A DNA stretch of 63,929 bases, taken from NCBI GenBank assembly GCA_036524155.1, contig DATDCV010000500.1, forward strand, positions 1-63,929. Reading direction: 5' to 3'. The stretch's first letter is position 1. Every line of letters starts with the position of its first letter. Below, piece after piece: positions 1 to 10,200 of this stretch. The position numbers were made by a program, and so were the translations under genes. The stretch comes from Verrucomicrobiia bacterium (GTDB lineage Bacteria > Verrucomicrobiota > Verrucomicrobiia > Limisphaerales > UBA8199). The notes below the pieces were generated by a model. The model was given only the letters and a program-made list of their open reading frames with translations, had not been told where the DNA came from and made no database searches.

Positions 1-42
1 CGCGGGCGAGACGCCCGCGCCACGCCAAAATGAGAATTGCTG
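1..42. repeat. REP-like hairpin (CGCGGGCGAGACGCCCGCG) followed by AAAATGAGAATTGCTG, probably the end of a repeat element truncated by the window edge
   Basis: Perfect 8-bp stem CGCGGGCG/CGCCCGCG at 1-19; intergenic; element-end assignment is inference. Confidence 0.4.
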
Positions 43-86
43 GGCCAGTTCAGTATCAGTCATCTGCGGTAGAAGGCCGCTACGGT

Positions 87-162
87 GTGGTCGGCGCGCG
101 GACTTCAGTCCGCAGCAATTGCCGTCTTCCTGGGTAGTCGCGGACTGAAGTCCACCTTGCCG
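87..162. repeat. REP-like palindrome pair, family B (GCGGACTTCAGTCCGC / GCGGACTGAAGTCC)
   Basis: Inverted pair of hairpins; 87-124 is the exact reverse complement of 1331-1368. Confidence 0.8.
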
Positions 163-168
163 CCGAAC

Positions 169-273
169 GGTTCATGGTTCCGAGGCGTGCGTCGGGGTGC
201 AGGGATGCTCTCCGTGAACCTGACAGAGTCGGCCTCCTCTCCCCGGCCCTCTCCTCCAGAGGAGGAGAGGGAG
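169..273. repeat. Composite repeat: GGTTCATGG...CCGTGAACC mini element plus family C palindrome (CCCTCTCCTCCAGAGGAGGAGAGGG)
   Basis: 231-273 differs by one base from 60398-60440 and has an inverted relative at 27552-27594. Confidence 0.75.
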
Positions 274-361
274 TAGCCGGCACGGATGGATCCCCTCTCT
301 GCCTCCGAAGGTGACAAAATCATAGAGAACGAGTGCCGGGGAGTAGTCTCTTTTGGTTGTC

Positions 362-1219
362 TCACGCAAACTGCGGGTGTTCGTGGAGCGCCTGCCAGGT
401 TCGTGCGGCGAGGGGGGCCTGGCGATAAACGGGTTCCCACATAGGCTCGGCGCTGGTGGAACGCCGCGCCCGTTGCAGCCAGCGGCGGTCGAGCGGTTCC
501 TCGATTAAATCAAGCGTGTTCGCCGCAATGGTCGTCTCTTCCTTCTGGCCGGTCGCATGGCCCACACCGACAAAGAATCCGGCCAGCAGCAGCGTCACGC
601 GAAGCATCGTGCTGCGCGAGTACGTTGGCAGCGCGCACGGACGTTCCGGATCAAGCAACCGGAATAGCCGCGCGAAGAGCGGTTGAGTCCACATCGCCGG
701 GTTGGTCGCGGGCGAGAACGCGTCGAACATAATCGCGTGCGGCTTCGCGAACTGTTCCGCCGCGGGTCGCGCGACCAGGCCGGGAAAGTCCGCCAGGTGC
801 ACGCTCCAGCTCACGTCCTGCAGCCCGTTTTTGAAGGATGCCTCGTGGCTGTGCAGGAGGTCCTGCAGCGGCTCCTCGTAGCCTGCCAAATAGGGCAAGT
901 ACTGTTTTTCTTTCAGCGCAAACTGAAGCGGCTCCAGCGTGTGATCGAAACTCAGCAGGCGCAGTGACGACCCAATCCCGCGTGTCGCGCGCAATACCGT
1001 GATCGGGTTCGCGGCCGCGCCCAGCCCAATGTCCCAGATCACGAACTGCCCGGTTTGCTGTCGGAGCCGTTCCGGCACACGCAACTGGCGAACATAAAGC
1101 GCCTCGGCCTCCGTCACGGGCCCAACCACCGGGTGGAAGGTCTCCCCGTGCGCGACCGAGTGGACGCTGTGAGCGCCGTTGGCGAGCCTGACGATGCGGT
1201 AGCCTTGTCGCGTCGGCAC
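362..1219 (-). CDS. MnmC/MnmD-like SAM-dependent methyltransferase (tRNA U34 modification family)
   Basis: GETFHP..GP..EA..LY, WDIGLGAAAN SAM motif, FDAFSPATNPAMW, TYS, GFFVG..G.KEETT motifs. Confidence 0.8.
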   Translation of the reverse strand: MPTRQGYRIVRLANGAHSVHSVAHGETFHPVVGPVTEAEALYVRQLRVPERLRQQTGQFVIWDIGLGAAANPITVLRATRGIGSSLRLLSFDHTLEPLQFALKEKQYLPYLAGYEEPLQDLLHSHEASFKNGLQDVSWSVHLADFPGLVARPAAEQFAKPHAIMFDAFSPATNPAMWTQPLFARLFRLLDPERPCALPTYSRSTMLRVTLLLAGFFVGVGHATGQKEETTIAANTLDLIEEPLDRRWLQRARRSTSAEPMWEPVYRQAPLAARTWQALHEHPQFA

Positions 1220-1293
1220 AACCAGAGTTTCGGATACGAGAGGGAGAATGAAAGCGGAAAAGTATTGGAGCAGCGGCGGGTGGGCCGAGCATC

Positions 1294-1368
1294 CGGCGCG
1301 CGGACTTCAGTCCGCAGCAACTCAGGAAATCGGCAATTGCTGCGGACTGAAGTCCGCGCGCCGACCAC
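1294..1368. repeat. REP-like palindrome pair, family B
   Basis: CGGCGCGCGGACTTCAGTCCGCAGCAA ... TTGCTGCGGACTGAAGTCCGCGCGCCG, 27-bp perfect inverted arms each with an internal hairpin. Confidence 0.85.
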
Positions 1369-1417
1369 CCCGCGACCGCCGCCTTCCATAAATGGCTGAG
1401 GGGCTACGCGGAAAAAC

Positions 1418-3460
1418 TCAGTTGATTCTTTCGCACCTTACCGCGTCGGTCCCGACACGGAATTTGGCATTGCCGATCGCCACCTCCAGCGCGGCGCCGT
1501 CGCGCTCGACGCGCGCGAGCGGAACTGAGGCGGTTTGTGCCTCGGCCGCCGTGAGCACGTGAAGGAAGAAGTCTTCGTCGGCGGGCGCTACGGGCGAAAC
1601 CCCGATGCGGCATTCGGGAGCGGGACCAGTATTGCGGCGGGGCTGATACGCGCGGCCATTCACCTTATAGAGGTCGTCTCCGGAGACGAGTCGTGTCTCG
1701 GCTTTACCGGGCAGCAGTGTCTGGACGAATAACCGGCCGGGGCCGTTGGTGATGATCAGATGGTCGCCGGTTCTTTCCGGAACCCGCATCGCTTGCAGCA
1801 GCCATGTCTTTTTGTATTGCGGCCCGCACGCTTTGACGCGGTCGAAGACAATGAAAGTGTTCGGACGGAGAAACACGATCTGGCGCGTGAAAAGCGCGAG
1901 CTTGCGCCGCGAGTAGGCGCGGGTCGCATCCCCGGCGATATGCAGGTAATCTCCATGTTCGTCGAAAGCCAGCAGATCGGCGATGTCCATCTCGGCTTTC
2001 TGCCGGAGCCAATCCGCCGGGTCAACTGCCGCGCCGTTGTGGTGCCGCCACGAATGATGCTGACCGCCGTCGTTGGCCGTCACCTCGCCCGCGCGGATCC
2101 CCGGCCAACGCTCTTCCGGGTCAAACACCAGCACGGTGCTGTGCGCGATCGTCCGCAGGTGGTAATTCACGTCGTGCGTGCTGCCAAAGTCGTCGTAGTG
2201 GCCGCCGTCCCCGGCCAGTTCCGCATGCTTGTAAATGGCAAAATGATTCAGGTCGAGGTGCTGGTGCGCGGTGAAACGGTCGCCGCACTTGAAAAACAGG
2301 TAGGTCGCGTCTTCCTCCCACGAACTGCGGGCGTAGACAAACCCAGGTCCCCGACTCAGGTGCGACAGCGGCAGTTTCTTGAGCTCGCCCTTCACCACCG
2401 AAGGGTCAGACCAGAGAAAATCCTTGTAGGCGTAATTGCCGACGCTGCAGCGGGGCGTGGTTTCGTTAAAGGCATGGATCTGCTGGTGGACCGGATCATC
2501 CCGGAAACGGTTTGCCAGGATTCTTCTGGCCACCAATGTCTTGTCACGATCGCCGCCAAAGGTCCGCCCGCCGCCGTCGCCCATCGGCACGCAACGCCGG
2601 GAGTTGTATTCGGAAATGCCCGGGTAGGTCTCGAACGCGGAAGCCAGGGCTCGCCGGCGATAGAAATTCGGGGCCAAAGCGTAATAGTCGATTCCTTCAC
2701 AGCGCCGCGCTATCTCGCAGAAGAACAACCACTCGTAAAGCCAGTAATGAATATAGTAGCCCTCGGCCCAACCGCCGCCTTCTCCCGCCATCTCCAGCGC
2801 CGGCGCGGCCCGGGTAATATAATCCTGTTCCAGAACGCGAAGGATCGCCGGCGCGCGCTCGTTCTCGTAATAAGTCGCGTAGCAGGCGGTCCCAATGCCC
2901 CAATTCTTGTAGCCGTACCACGCGTTGTGAAAGACCGATACCTCCGACTGAACGTTGCGGTCGACAGTCTGGTTGATGTATTCGCACAACTTCCGCCGGT
3001 CGCCTTCCGACCAGGCCCCGGCGCAGAGGTCAAACGCGATGCCGCACAAGGCGAGGTCTGTGCCGAAAGTCGTGTGCCCCACACGAATCGGGCCGTTGAC
3101 CATCCGCATTGCCCGCTGCTGGACTTTCGAGGCCAGGTTGCTGTCCCCCTCGATCGCGGCAACCAGTGAGGCGGAAATGATCCAGGAATAGTCGTCCGTC
3201 TTTTCATCCTGGGCGACTCGCTTCACGCGCTCGTACGCGGAGGCTCGCTGTCGGGCAAGCGCACGGAGTTCATCGCGCGTGCCCAGCAACCGCGGGTGGT
3301 CCTTCGCCACCGCGTGACGATCAGCAGGGTTGAATCCCGCCGCGGCAGGCGCCGCTGCCTCTGCTGCTCTGATCACCCCTGGCGCAAAGGTCAAAGCTGC
3401 ACCTGAGGCGAGACTTCGCCGGATGAAAACGCGGCGGTTTATGGAACGGTAGTCTTTCAT
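1418..3460 (-). CDS. Tat-exported heparinase II/III-like polysaccharide lyase
   Basis: RRVFIRRS twin-Arg leader from MKDY (start 3460 preferred over 3493); HPRL, GGWAEGYY, RSSW, HQHLDLNHF, RTIAHST, FDRV motifs. Confidence 0.75.
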   Translation of the reverse strand: MKDYRSINRRVFIRRSLASGAALTFAPGVIRAAEAAAPAAAGFNPADRHAVAKDHPRLLGTRDELRALARQRASAYERVKRVAQDEKTDDYSWIISASLVAAIEGDSNLASKVQQRAMRMVNGPIRVGHTTFGTDLALCGIAFDLCAGAWSEGDRRKLCEYINQTVDRNVQSEVSVFHNAWYGYKNWGIGTACYATYYENERAPAILRVLEQDYITRAAPALEMAGEGGGWAEGYYIHYWLYEWLFFCEIARRCEGIDYYALAPNFYRRRALASAFETYPGISEYNSRRCVPMGDGGGRTFGGDRDKTLVARRILANRFRDDPVHQQIHAFNETTPRCSVGNYAYKDFLWSDPSVVKGELKKLPLSHLSRGPGFVYARSSWEEDATYLFFKCGDRFTAHQHLDLNHFAIYKHAELAGDGGHYDDFGSTHDVNYHLRTIAHSTVLVFDPEERWPGIRAGEVTANDGGQHHSWRHHNGAAVDPADWLRQKAEMDIADLLAFDEHGDYLHIAGDATRAYSRRKLALFTRQIVFLRPNTFIVFDRVKACGPQYKKTWLLQAMRVPERTGDHLIITNGPGRLFVQTLLPGKAETRLVSGDDLYKVNGRAYQPRRNTGPAPECRIGVSPVAPADEDFFLHVLTAAEAQTASVPLARVERDGAALEVAIGNAKFRVGTDAVRCERIN

Positions 3461-3555
3461 ATCACGTGTCAAATGGCCCGGCGCGTGCGGCAATCCGGTG
3501 AAGGGTCATCGAGTCCAGCGGAGTGAGGCCTTCTCCGCAAGGCATCGCTTTCCGC

Positions 3556-5754
3556 CTATTGCATCGTGACCCATCGCCGCGAAACAGTCGGCCCAACTTT
3601 GTCCCCTTTTCCCGGTCGCGCCGTGGCTTTCAGAATGCACTTGCCCGAGTAACTCGGGGTTTCCAGCGGTAATTCTAGCGTCGCGTCCCCCAGCGACTGA
3701 AGCGTGAACGGTTGCACCGACCGGGCAAGAGTTTTGCCCTTCTCGGATTCCAACGCCAACGTCAACTCGCCCTCAAGCGGTCGAGCGTAGTCGTTGATGA
3801 GCATCACTTTGAAATTCTGCTTTGAACCGGAACGGAGCGTCGGCTGGAAGAAATTGATATAGACACCCAGGGGCTTGAAGGCCTCTCCCATATAGTCGGC
3901 GAAAGCCGGGTCCAGCTTCAGCCGTGTCACATCGCTGAAATGGTCGGCGGTGTAAACCCCCGGGTAGCTGCACGTCAGGTACACGAAATGGATGATGCCG
4001 GCGTAATGGCGGTGCGCGCGCCAGAATTCGGTCTTGCCCGCCAGCAGGTAGGAATAGAGATCCAGCCGCTCTCGCGCGGTGACATTCGTGGTCCCCATCA
4101 GTTGCGGATACAGTTTCTCCGTCAGCCGCGTCGGCGTCCCGTCGCGGTTCAGCCACAACCAGCCATACTCGTTAATCAGAGGCGCATTCTTGTCTGAGGG
4201 CAGCGACCCGCGCGGCCGGCCATCCATGGTCTCGAGGTCGCTCATCTTGAACGTCAGCTTGCCGACCCCGCCGCTATACATGAGGTATGGGTGGTCTTCA
4301 ACCGGATCGTTCGGCCCCGCCGGTGCGTTGTAACTGTTTTCCCACGGCCGATTCGAGAGATCCAGCGGGCGCACCGCCGGTATGATTTTGGCTCCGAAAC
4401 TGTCGTCCTTCGTCTCATTATTCGCGTCCCAGACCGCCACACTCGGGTGATTCCAGTTGTCGCGCATCCAATCCTTGTACTGGCGGATCATTTCATCGGA
4501 ATCATACGTGCGCGAGTAGCCTTTGTACCAGCCCGGGCCGCCGGTCCAGACGAAGAATTCGTTTTGCACCAGCAGGCCGACTTCGTCGCAAATGTCGAAC
4601 CACTTATCCGGCACCGGCCCGATGCAAAACCGGAAATAATTCCAGTGCATCTGCTTGGGAATTTTGCCCAGCAGTTTTCGCACCCACGCCTCCCGCCACG
4701 GAAGATCTTTGCACAGCGGGTCCTCAAAAAAACGATGCAGGGTAATGTTCGAACCGCGCAAGTAATAGACCTTCCCGTTGAGGTACGCGCGGCGGGTCGG
4801 CCCATCAAATTGAAACTCTCGCATCCCGAAGCGCGTTTTGGTGGTATCGCCTCCCGTGCTGGACTCTACCATATAAAGGAAGGGGTCCTCCGGCGACCAC
4901 AGATGAGCGTCCGGGATCCGGATTGCTTGCGTGATCAGCCGTTCTTCGCCCGCGTCGAGCGATACCTCTTCAGGCGGGCTGAAGGCAACCTGCTTCCCGC
5001 CCTTCCACGTTTTCACCGCGTGGCTCAGCGAGGCAGCAACGCGAGCGACACCGCAGTTCTTAACCCTCGTCTGCACGACGACTTCCGAGCTCGAAATTCT
5101 CGGCGCGACCTGGACCGTTTCAATCAGCGGATTCTCGCAAAAGATCAGCGATACGCTGTCGTAAATGCCCGGTGTCCATTTGATTTTCTCGAAATCCGAC
5201 CCCGTGGGATAGGTATCAGGCAACACCGCCGGATGCGCCCCGATCCGGATCACGATCGTATTATCAACGTTCCAGCGGATTGCGTTCTCGAGATGGTAAT
5301 AGCTGGCGGTAAAACAGCCGGCATACTCGCCGAGCTTTTGCCCGTTCAGCCAGACCGCGGTGCCGAATTGCGCTTTGTTGATCTTCAGCAACGCCACCGC
5401 GCTCGCCTTCGGCCCCCGGAACGTCTTTTCGTACCAGAAGTAGTTGCGGTCCTGCTCCACCTTGCCGTTCCAGTAGTTCGTGAGCCATTCCTCCGGCGCC
5501 AGCTTCGCGCGAATCCGATTGGCCAGGTGTTCGCGGCTGTAAAAGGCATCCACTTTCGCGAACCCCGGCCGCGCCAGGTTCGCCAATCCCGGCACCGGCG
5601 CCGTGTGGCTATAGCTCTCCGGCGGCGTATCTGCCGCTTTCGTATCGGCGATGCGCCACTCGCCGTCGAGCGAAACCGTGACCCGCCCGGCCTGGCCTTG
5701 AACGGCGCAGGAGACCAGCGCCAGGAGGCCAACCCCCGCCAAAAAGACTCTCAT
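3556..5754 (-). CDS. Secreted glycoside hydrolase family 2
   Basis: Signal peptide MRVFLAGVGLLALVSC (ATGA overlap with upstream stop); SLDGEW, LWSPEDPFLY, FGMREF, NHPSVAVWDANNE acid/base, INEYG nucleophile. Confidence 0.85.
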   Translation of the reverse strand: MRVFLAGVGLLALVSCAVQGQAGRVTVSLDGEWRIADTKAADTPPESYSHTAPVPGLANLARPGFAKVDAFYSREHLANRIRAKLAPEEWLTNYWNGKVEQDRNYFWYEKTFRGPKASAVALLKINKAQFGTAVWLNGQKLGEYAGCFTASYYHLENAIRWNVDNTIVIRIGAHPAVLPDTYPTGSDFEKIKWTPGIYDSVSLIFCENPLIETVQVAPRISSSEVVVQTRVKNCGVARVAASLSHAVKTWKGGKQVAFSPPEEVSLDAGEERLITQAIRIPDAHLWSPEDPFLYMVESSTGGDTTKTRFGMREFQFDGPTRRAYLNGKVYYLRGSNITLHRFFEDPLCKDLPWREAWVRKLLGKIPKQMHWNYFRFCIGPVPDKWFDICDEVGLLVQNEFFVWTGGPGWYKGYSRTYDSDEMIRQYKDWMRDNWNHPSVAVWDANNETKDDSFGAKIIPAVRPLDLSNRPWENSYNAPAGPNDPVEDHPYLMYSGGVGKLTFKMSDLETMDGRPRGSLPSDKNAPLINEYGWLWLNRDGTPTRLTEKLYPQLMGTTNVTARERLDLYSYLLAGKTEFWRAHRHYAGIIHFVYLTCSYPGVYTADHFSDVTRLKLDPAFADYMGEAFKPLGVYINFFQPTLRSGSKQNFKVMLINDYARPLEGELTLALESEKGKTLARSVQPFTLQSLGDATLELPLETPSYSGKCILKATARPGKGDKVGPTVSRRWVTMQ

Positions 5755-6413
5755 AGTTCGCGGATCCGGATATTGCGCCAACTCGCCCGGAGCGGCTCGG
5801 TGCGTTTTCCGACGCCATGGACTTGCAGCCCGATGAAGCCGCTCTTGGTCATGTCGTCCCGCAAGTCCGTCACCTGCACGCCGTTCACCCAGGTCTGGAT
5901 ATGGTCGCCCTGGCAGACCACGCGGTACTTGGCCCACTCATTGTCCTTGAGCAGGTTCTTGATCTTGTCCGTTGGTTGTTCCGCGTTGAGAAACTTGCCG
6001 CGCCGGGCCTCGTCGTAAATACCGCCGGAGAAACCGCCGACGGCGATCTCCACCTGGTAGCCGTGAACACGCCCGTTCTGGTAGCCGGACATGCTGTGGC
6101 TCCGGATTTGGACTCCCGAGTTGAGCGCGGCATCCACCTTCACTTCGAATTCCAGCTCGAAATCGCCGTAGTCTTTCGTCGTGCAGAGAAACGAGTTCGG
6201 GCTGTCCGGGGCCGAAGTGCCCACGATGCAGTCGTCTTTGGCTTCGTATTTCGCCAGGCCGTTCTTTTGCTCCCAGCCGGCCAGGTCCTTGCCGTTAAAC
6301 AGGCTGACCCACTTCCCTTCGGCCGCTGAGGCCGAAGCCAGCGCAAGCATCAACAAAGGCGCGCACAGAACACACAGTTTCACACTCGATCGGGTTGGGA
6401 TTGTGGTCTTCAT
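5751..6413 (-). CDS. DUF1080 / 3-keto-disaccharide hydrolase family protein
   Basis: Signal peptide; SLFNGKDLAGW, YGDFELEFEVK, NSGVQIRS, GYQVEI, GFIGLQVH, WRNIRIREL. Confidence 0.9.
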   Translation of the reverse strand: MKTTIPTRSSVKLCVLCAPLLMLALASASAAEGKWVSLFNGKDLAGWEQKNGLAKYEAKDDCIVGTSAPDSPNSFLCTTKDYGDFELEFEVKVDAALNSGVQIRSHSMSGYQNGRVHGYQVEIAVGGFSGGIYDEARRGKFLNAEQPTDKIKNLLKDNEWAKYRVVCQGDHIQTWVNGVQVTDLRDDMTKSGFIGLQVHGVGKRTEPLRASWRNIRIREL

Positions 6414-6466
6414 AAGGTGTTTGATTTGACGGGCGGAGGATTGCACCGATTCACTTCGACAGCGAT

Positions 6467-7168
6467 TCATTTGTTGAACCGAAAATTGGTGAGGTCGTAA
6501 TCCTGCATCACGTATTGCTTCAACTCGAGCCGCTGCTTCCCGGCGCGCTTGGCCTGGGTCTCGCCGCCGGCCGCGATGAAATCCGCGAAGCTGATAATCT
6601 CCGCGCGAATAAAGCCTTTCTGAATGTCCGTATGAATGGTGCCCGCGGCCTCCCAGGCGGTCGCCCCCTGGCGAACCGGCCAGGCGCGATTCTCCTTCCC
6701 GCCGACGGTCAGAAAGCAGATGTAGCCGGCCTCCCGGAACGCCCGCAGCACCAGTCCCTCGGGACTTTGCCGGTCTTCGGTTCCCGCCAGTGTGATGGGT
6801 TTGTTGGTGTAAAAACTGTGCGCCGCCACCGCCTGGACGTCCTCGGCCGCCAGGCCCGAGTTGAACAGGAACTTCTCGTTCTCCAGCAGCGCTTGGATTT
6901 TCTCGAGCGCCGCCCGCTCGGCCGCCTCGGGGTCCCGACTCAGCCTGGTCTCCACAAACTCGAGGTCTTTCAGGATCAGGTCCGCCTTGCCCTCCATCGA
7001 CGACAGGATGGCGTCCGCATCAAGCAACTGATCCTCGCCGATGATGTCAACCTGAGCCTGAGTCTTCTTGTCAGCCTCCACCAGCTCGTGCGCCTGGTCG
7101 AGTCGCGGGTCCTTAAGGTTATGTTTGCCCAGTTTGATGTCCGAGATGCCAAAGAGCGCAATTTTCAT
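6467..7168 (-). CDS. Short YchF-like protein (TGS/DUF933 C-terminus, no P-loop)
   Basis: DPRLD, LxDL, KP, RAW...GATA..AAG.IHTD..KGFIRAE.ISF.DF...G, Y.MQD.D..NFRFN match YchF; G1/G3 motifs absent; 233 aa. Confidence 0.8.
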   Translation of the reverse strand: MKIALFGISDIKLGKHNLKDPRLDQAHELVEADKKTQAQVDIIGEDQLLDADAILSSMEGKADLILKDLEFVETRLSRDPEAAERAALEKIQALLENEKFLFNSGLAAEDVQAVAAHSFYTNKPITLAGTEDRQSPEGLVLRAFREAGYICFLTVGGKENRAWPVRQGATAWEAAGTIHTDIQKGFIRAEIISFADFIAAGGETQAKRAGKQRLELKQYVMQDYDLTNFRFNK

Positions 7169-7174
7169 CGAAGT

Positions 7175-7202
7175 TCAAATCTCAAATCTCAAATCTCAAA
7201 TT
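7175..7202. repeat. Heptamer tandem repeat (TCAAATC)x4
   Basis: TCAAATC x3 plus TCAAATT between uvrA stop and ychF-like start. Confidence 0.85.
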
Positions 7203-7216
7203 CGGAGGCACACACG

Positions 7217-10200
7217 TCAATCGCGGTGGCCCAACGCGTGCCGCAAATACTGGCCCGTGTAGCTCGTTTCGCAACGTGCGACGGCTTCCGGCGGACCTTG
7301 CGCCACAATCTGCCCGCCGGCATCACCGCCCTCGGGTCCGAGGTCGATTATCCAATCGGCCGTCTTAATCACGTCCAGGTTGTGTTCGATCACCAGCAGC
7401 GTGTTGCCGGAGGCGCGGAGTTTAAACAGCACCTCGAGCAGCTTGGCCACATCGTGAAAATGCAGCCCAGTCGTCGGTTCGTCGAGGATATAAAGCGTGC
7501 GGCCCGTCGCCTTGCGGCTCAACTCGGCGGCGAGCTTGACCCGCTGCGCTTCGCCCCCGCTCAGGGTCGTGCCGGATTGCCCCAGGCCGATGTACCCGAG
7601 GCCCACCTCGGCGAGCGTCAGCAGCGGCTCGTAGATCTGCGACACCGCCCGGAAGAAGGTCGCCGCCTCGTCCACCGTCATATCCAGCACGTCGGCTATG
7701 TTTTTCCCTTTGTAGGTGATCTCGAGCGTTTCGCGATTATACCGGCGGCCGCCACAGGCCTCGCACGTCACATACACCGGCGGCAGGAAATGCATCTCGA
7801 TCTTGATCAGCCCGTCACCCTGGCATTTCTCGCACCGACCTCCCCTCACATTGAAGCTGAACCGTCCCGATTCATACCCGCGGATGCGCGCGGCCGGCAA
7901 CCGGGCGAACAGGTCGCGGATGTGGTTGAACATGCCGGTATACGTCGCCGGGTTGCTGCGCGGAGTCCGCCCAATCGGCGTCTGGTCGATGACGATCACC
8001 TTGTCCAGGTCCTCGAACCCCTTCAGAGCGCGGTGCGCGCCGGGCCGTTCTTTCGACCCAAAGAATTTGCGGAACAAGGCGCGCCGCAGAATATCATCGA
8101 CGAGCGTGCTCTTTCCCGAACCGCTCACGCCTGTCACGCAAGTGAACGTGCCCAGCGGAATCCGCACGTCGATGTTCTTCAAGTTGTTCTCGCGGGCCCC
8201 CAGCACCTGCAGCGTTCCCCGCTCCAACCCGGGTTTCACGCGCTGCCGCGGAACTGGTATCGACAGCTCGCCCCTGAGGTACTTGGCCGTCAGCGACTGC
8301 GGGTTCGCGAGCACGTCCTCCAGACTGCCGGCCGCGACCAACTCCCCGCCGCGCACCCCCGCTCCCGGACCCAGGTCCAGAATATAATCGGCGTTCTGGA
8401 TCGTCTCCGCGTCGTGCTCGACCACGATCACGGAGTTCCCCAGGTCCCGCAGTCCCTTCAGGGTGTTCAGCAGCCGGCGGTTGTCGCGCTGGTGCAGTCC
8501 GATGCTTGGCTCGTCCAGGATGTAAAGCACGCCCACCAGCCCCGCGCCAATCTGCGTCGCCAGGCGAATCCGCTGCGCTTCGCCGCCGCTCAACGTGCCG
8601 CTCTCGCGGTCCAGCGTCAGGTACCCGAGACCTACGTTCTTCAGGAAACCGAGCCGCGCCCGGATTTCTTTGATAATGTCTGCCGCGATCTTCTCCTGAA
8701 ACTCGGTTAATTTGAGTTCCGCGAAAAAAGCGTCCGTGCGATCGACCGAAAGCGCGCAGACCTCCATGATGGAAAGCCCGGGCAACACGACCGGCGCCGT
8801 CGCGGAGGCCTCGACGGCGCTCTCCTTTTCAGCGGAACGACCTTCGCCTTCGCGGTCGATTGGCTTGTGATTCGCGGCGCCTTCAAGTGCCCCGGGTTCG
8901 CTCGAATCGCCGCTGGCAAACCTGGCTCGCAACTCATCATCCCCCAGGCGCACCGCCAGAATTTCCGGCTTGAGCCGCCGACCGCCGCACGCATCGCAAA
9001 ACCGGGGGCTCATGAAACCCTTCAGCCGGTTGCGCGTAAACTCGCTCTCGCTCTCCTGGTAGAGCCGCTCCAGGTTCGGAACCACGCCCTCGAACGGCCG
9101 GGCAATTTTGCTCATCTTGCCGGCGCGCCAAAACGTAAAGCTGATTGGAGTGTCGCCCGACCCCTGTAGCAGCACCCGCTGGAACCCTTCCGCCAGATCC
9201 TTATAAGGCGTTTCCATGCTCACCCCGAAATGCGCGGCCACGGCTCGCAACATCGCTTTGTAATACACCACCATCCTTTTGCCGCCCCGGCGCCACGGCA
9301 GAATCGCCCCCTGCTCCAGCGATTTCTCCGGGTCCGGCACCACCAGGCCCTCGTCAAACACCAGCTTCTGGCCCAACCCATGACAAACACCGCAGGCGCC
9401 CGCGGGCGCATTGAAGGAAAAATGCTTCGGCGTCAACGGCTCGTAACTCTTCCCGGTCGCCGGGCTTAGGTTCCGGTTGGAATGGAGCGTTTCGATCCAC
9501 ACCGCGCCGCCGGAGTTCGCCTCCCCCAGCCTGCCTCTTGGCCCCGGCCCCGCCATTCCCATTTGTGGCCCCGGCACGACTGACGGCGGAGCGTGGACCG
9601 CGCCCACGCCGTCGGGCACCTGGTGCAGCGTCAGCATCACCCCTTCGCCCCATTTCAACGCCGTCTCAACCGAATCGCTGAGACGAATCCGAATCTTTTC
9701 ATCGATCACCAGCCGATCGACGATGGCTTCGATGGTGTGTTTCTGTTTCGGATCCAGTTTTACGCGCACGCCGTTCGCCAGCTCCACCAGTTCGCCGTCC
9801 ACGCGCGCGCGGACAAAACCTTCACGCGACAGGCGCTCGACCACATCCCGGAATTCACCCTTCTGCTCGCGCACCACCGGCGCCAGCAGCATCACCCGAG
9901 TGCGCGGAGGTAATTTGAGTATGTTGTCGACAATGTCGCTCGTGGTCTGTTTCGTTATCGGCACGCCGGTCTCGGGGCAATAAGGCTGGCCGACATGCGC
10001 GTAGAGGAGCCGGAGGTAGTCGTAGATCTCCGTTGTCGTCGCGATAATCGACCGCGGCGAAGACCCCGAGCTGCGCTGCTCAATCGCAATGGCCGGCGAG
10101 AGCCCCTCGATAAAGTCCACCTCCGGCTTTTGCATCTGGTCCAGAAACTGGCGAGCGTAAGCCGACAGCGACTCGACATACTTGCGTTGCCCCTCCGCAT

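Noticed and set aside
5755..5937. N-terminal extension of the GH2 ORF
   Set aside because: Overlaps the DUF1080 gene; the signal peptide and ATGA coupling place the start at 5754.
1760..6018. Long plus-strand ORFs 1760-3169 and 4291-6018
   Set aside because: Antisense to the clearly recognisable lyase, GH2 and DUF1080 genes.
6515..8710. 731-aa plus-strand ORF
   Set aside because: Antisense shadow of uvrA and the ychF-like gene, typical of high-GC codon bias; no motifs.
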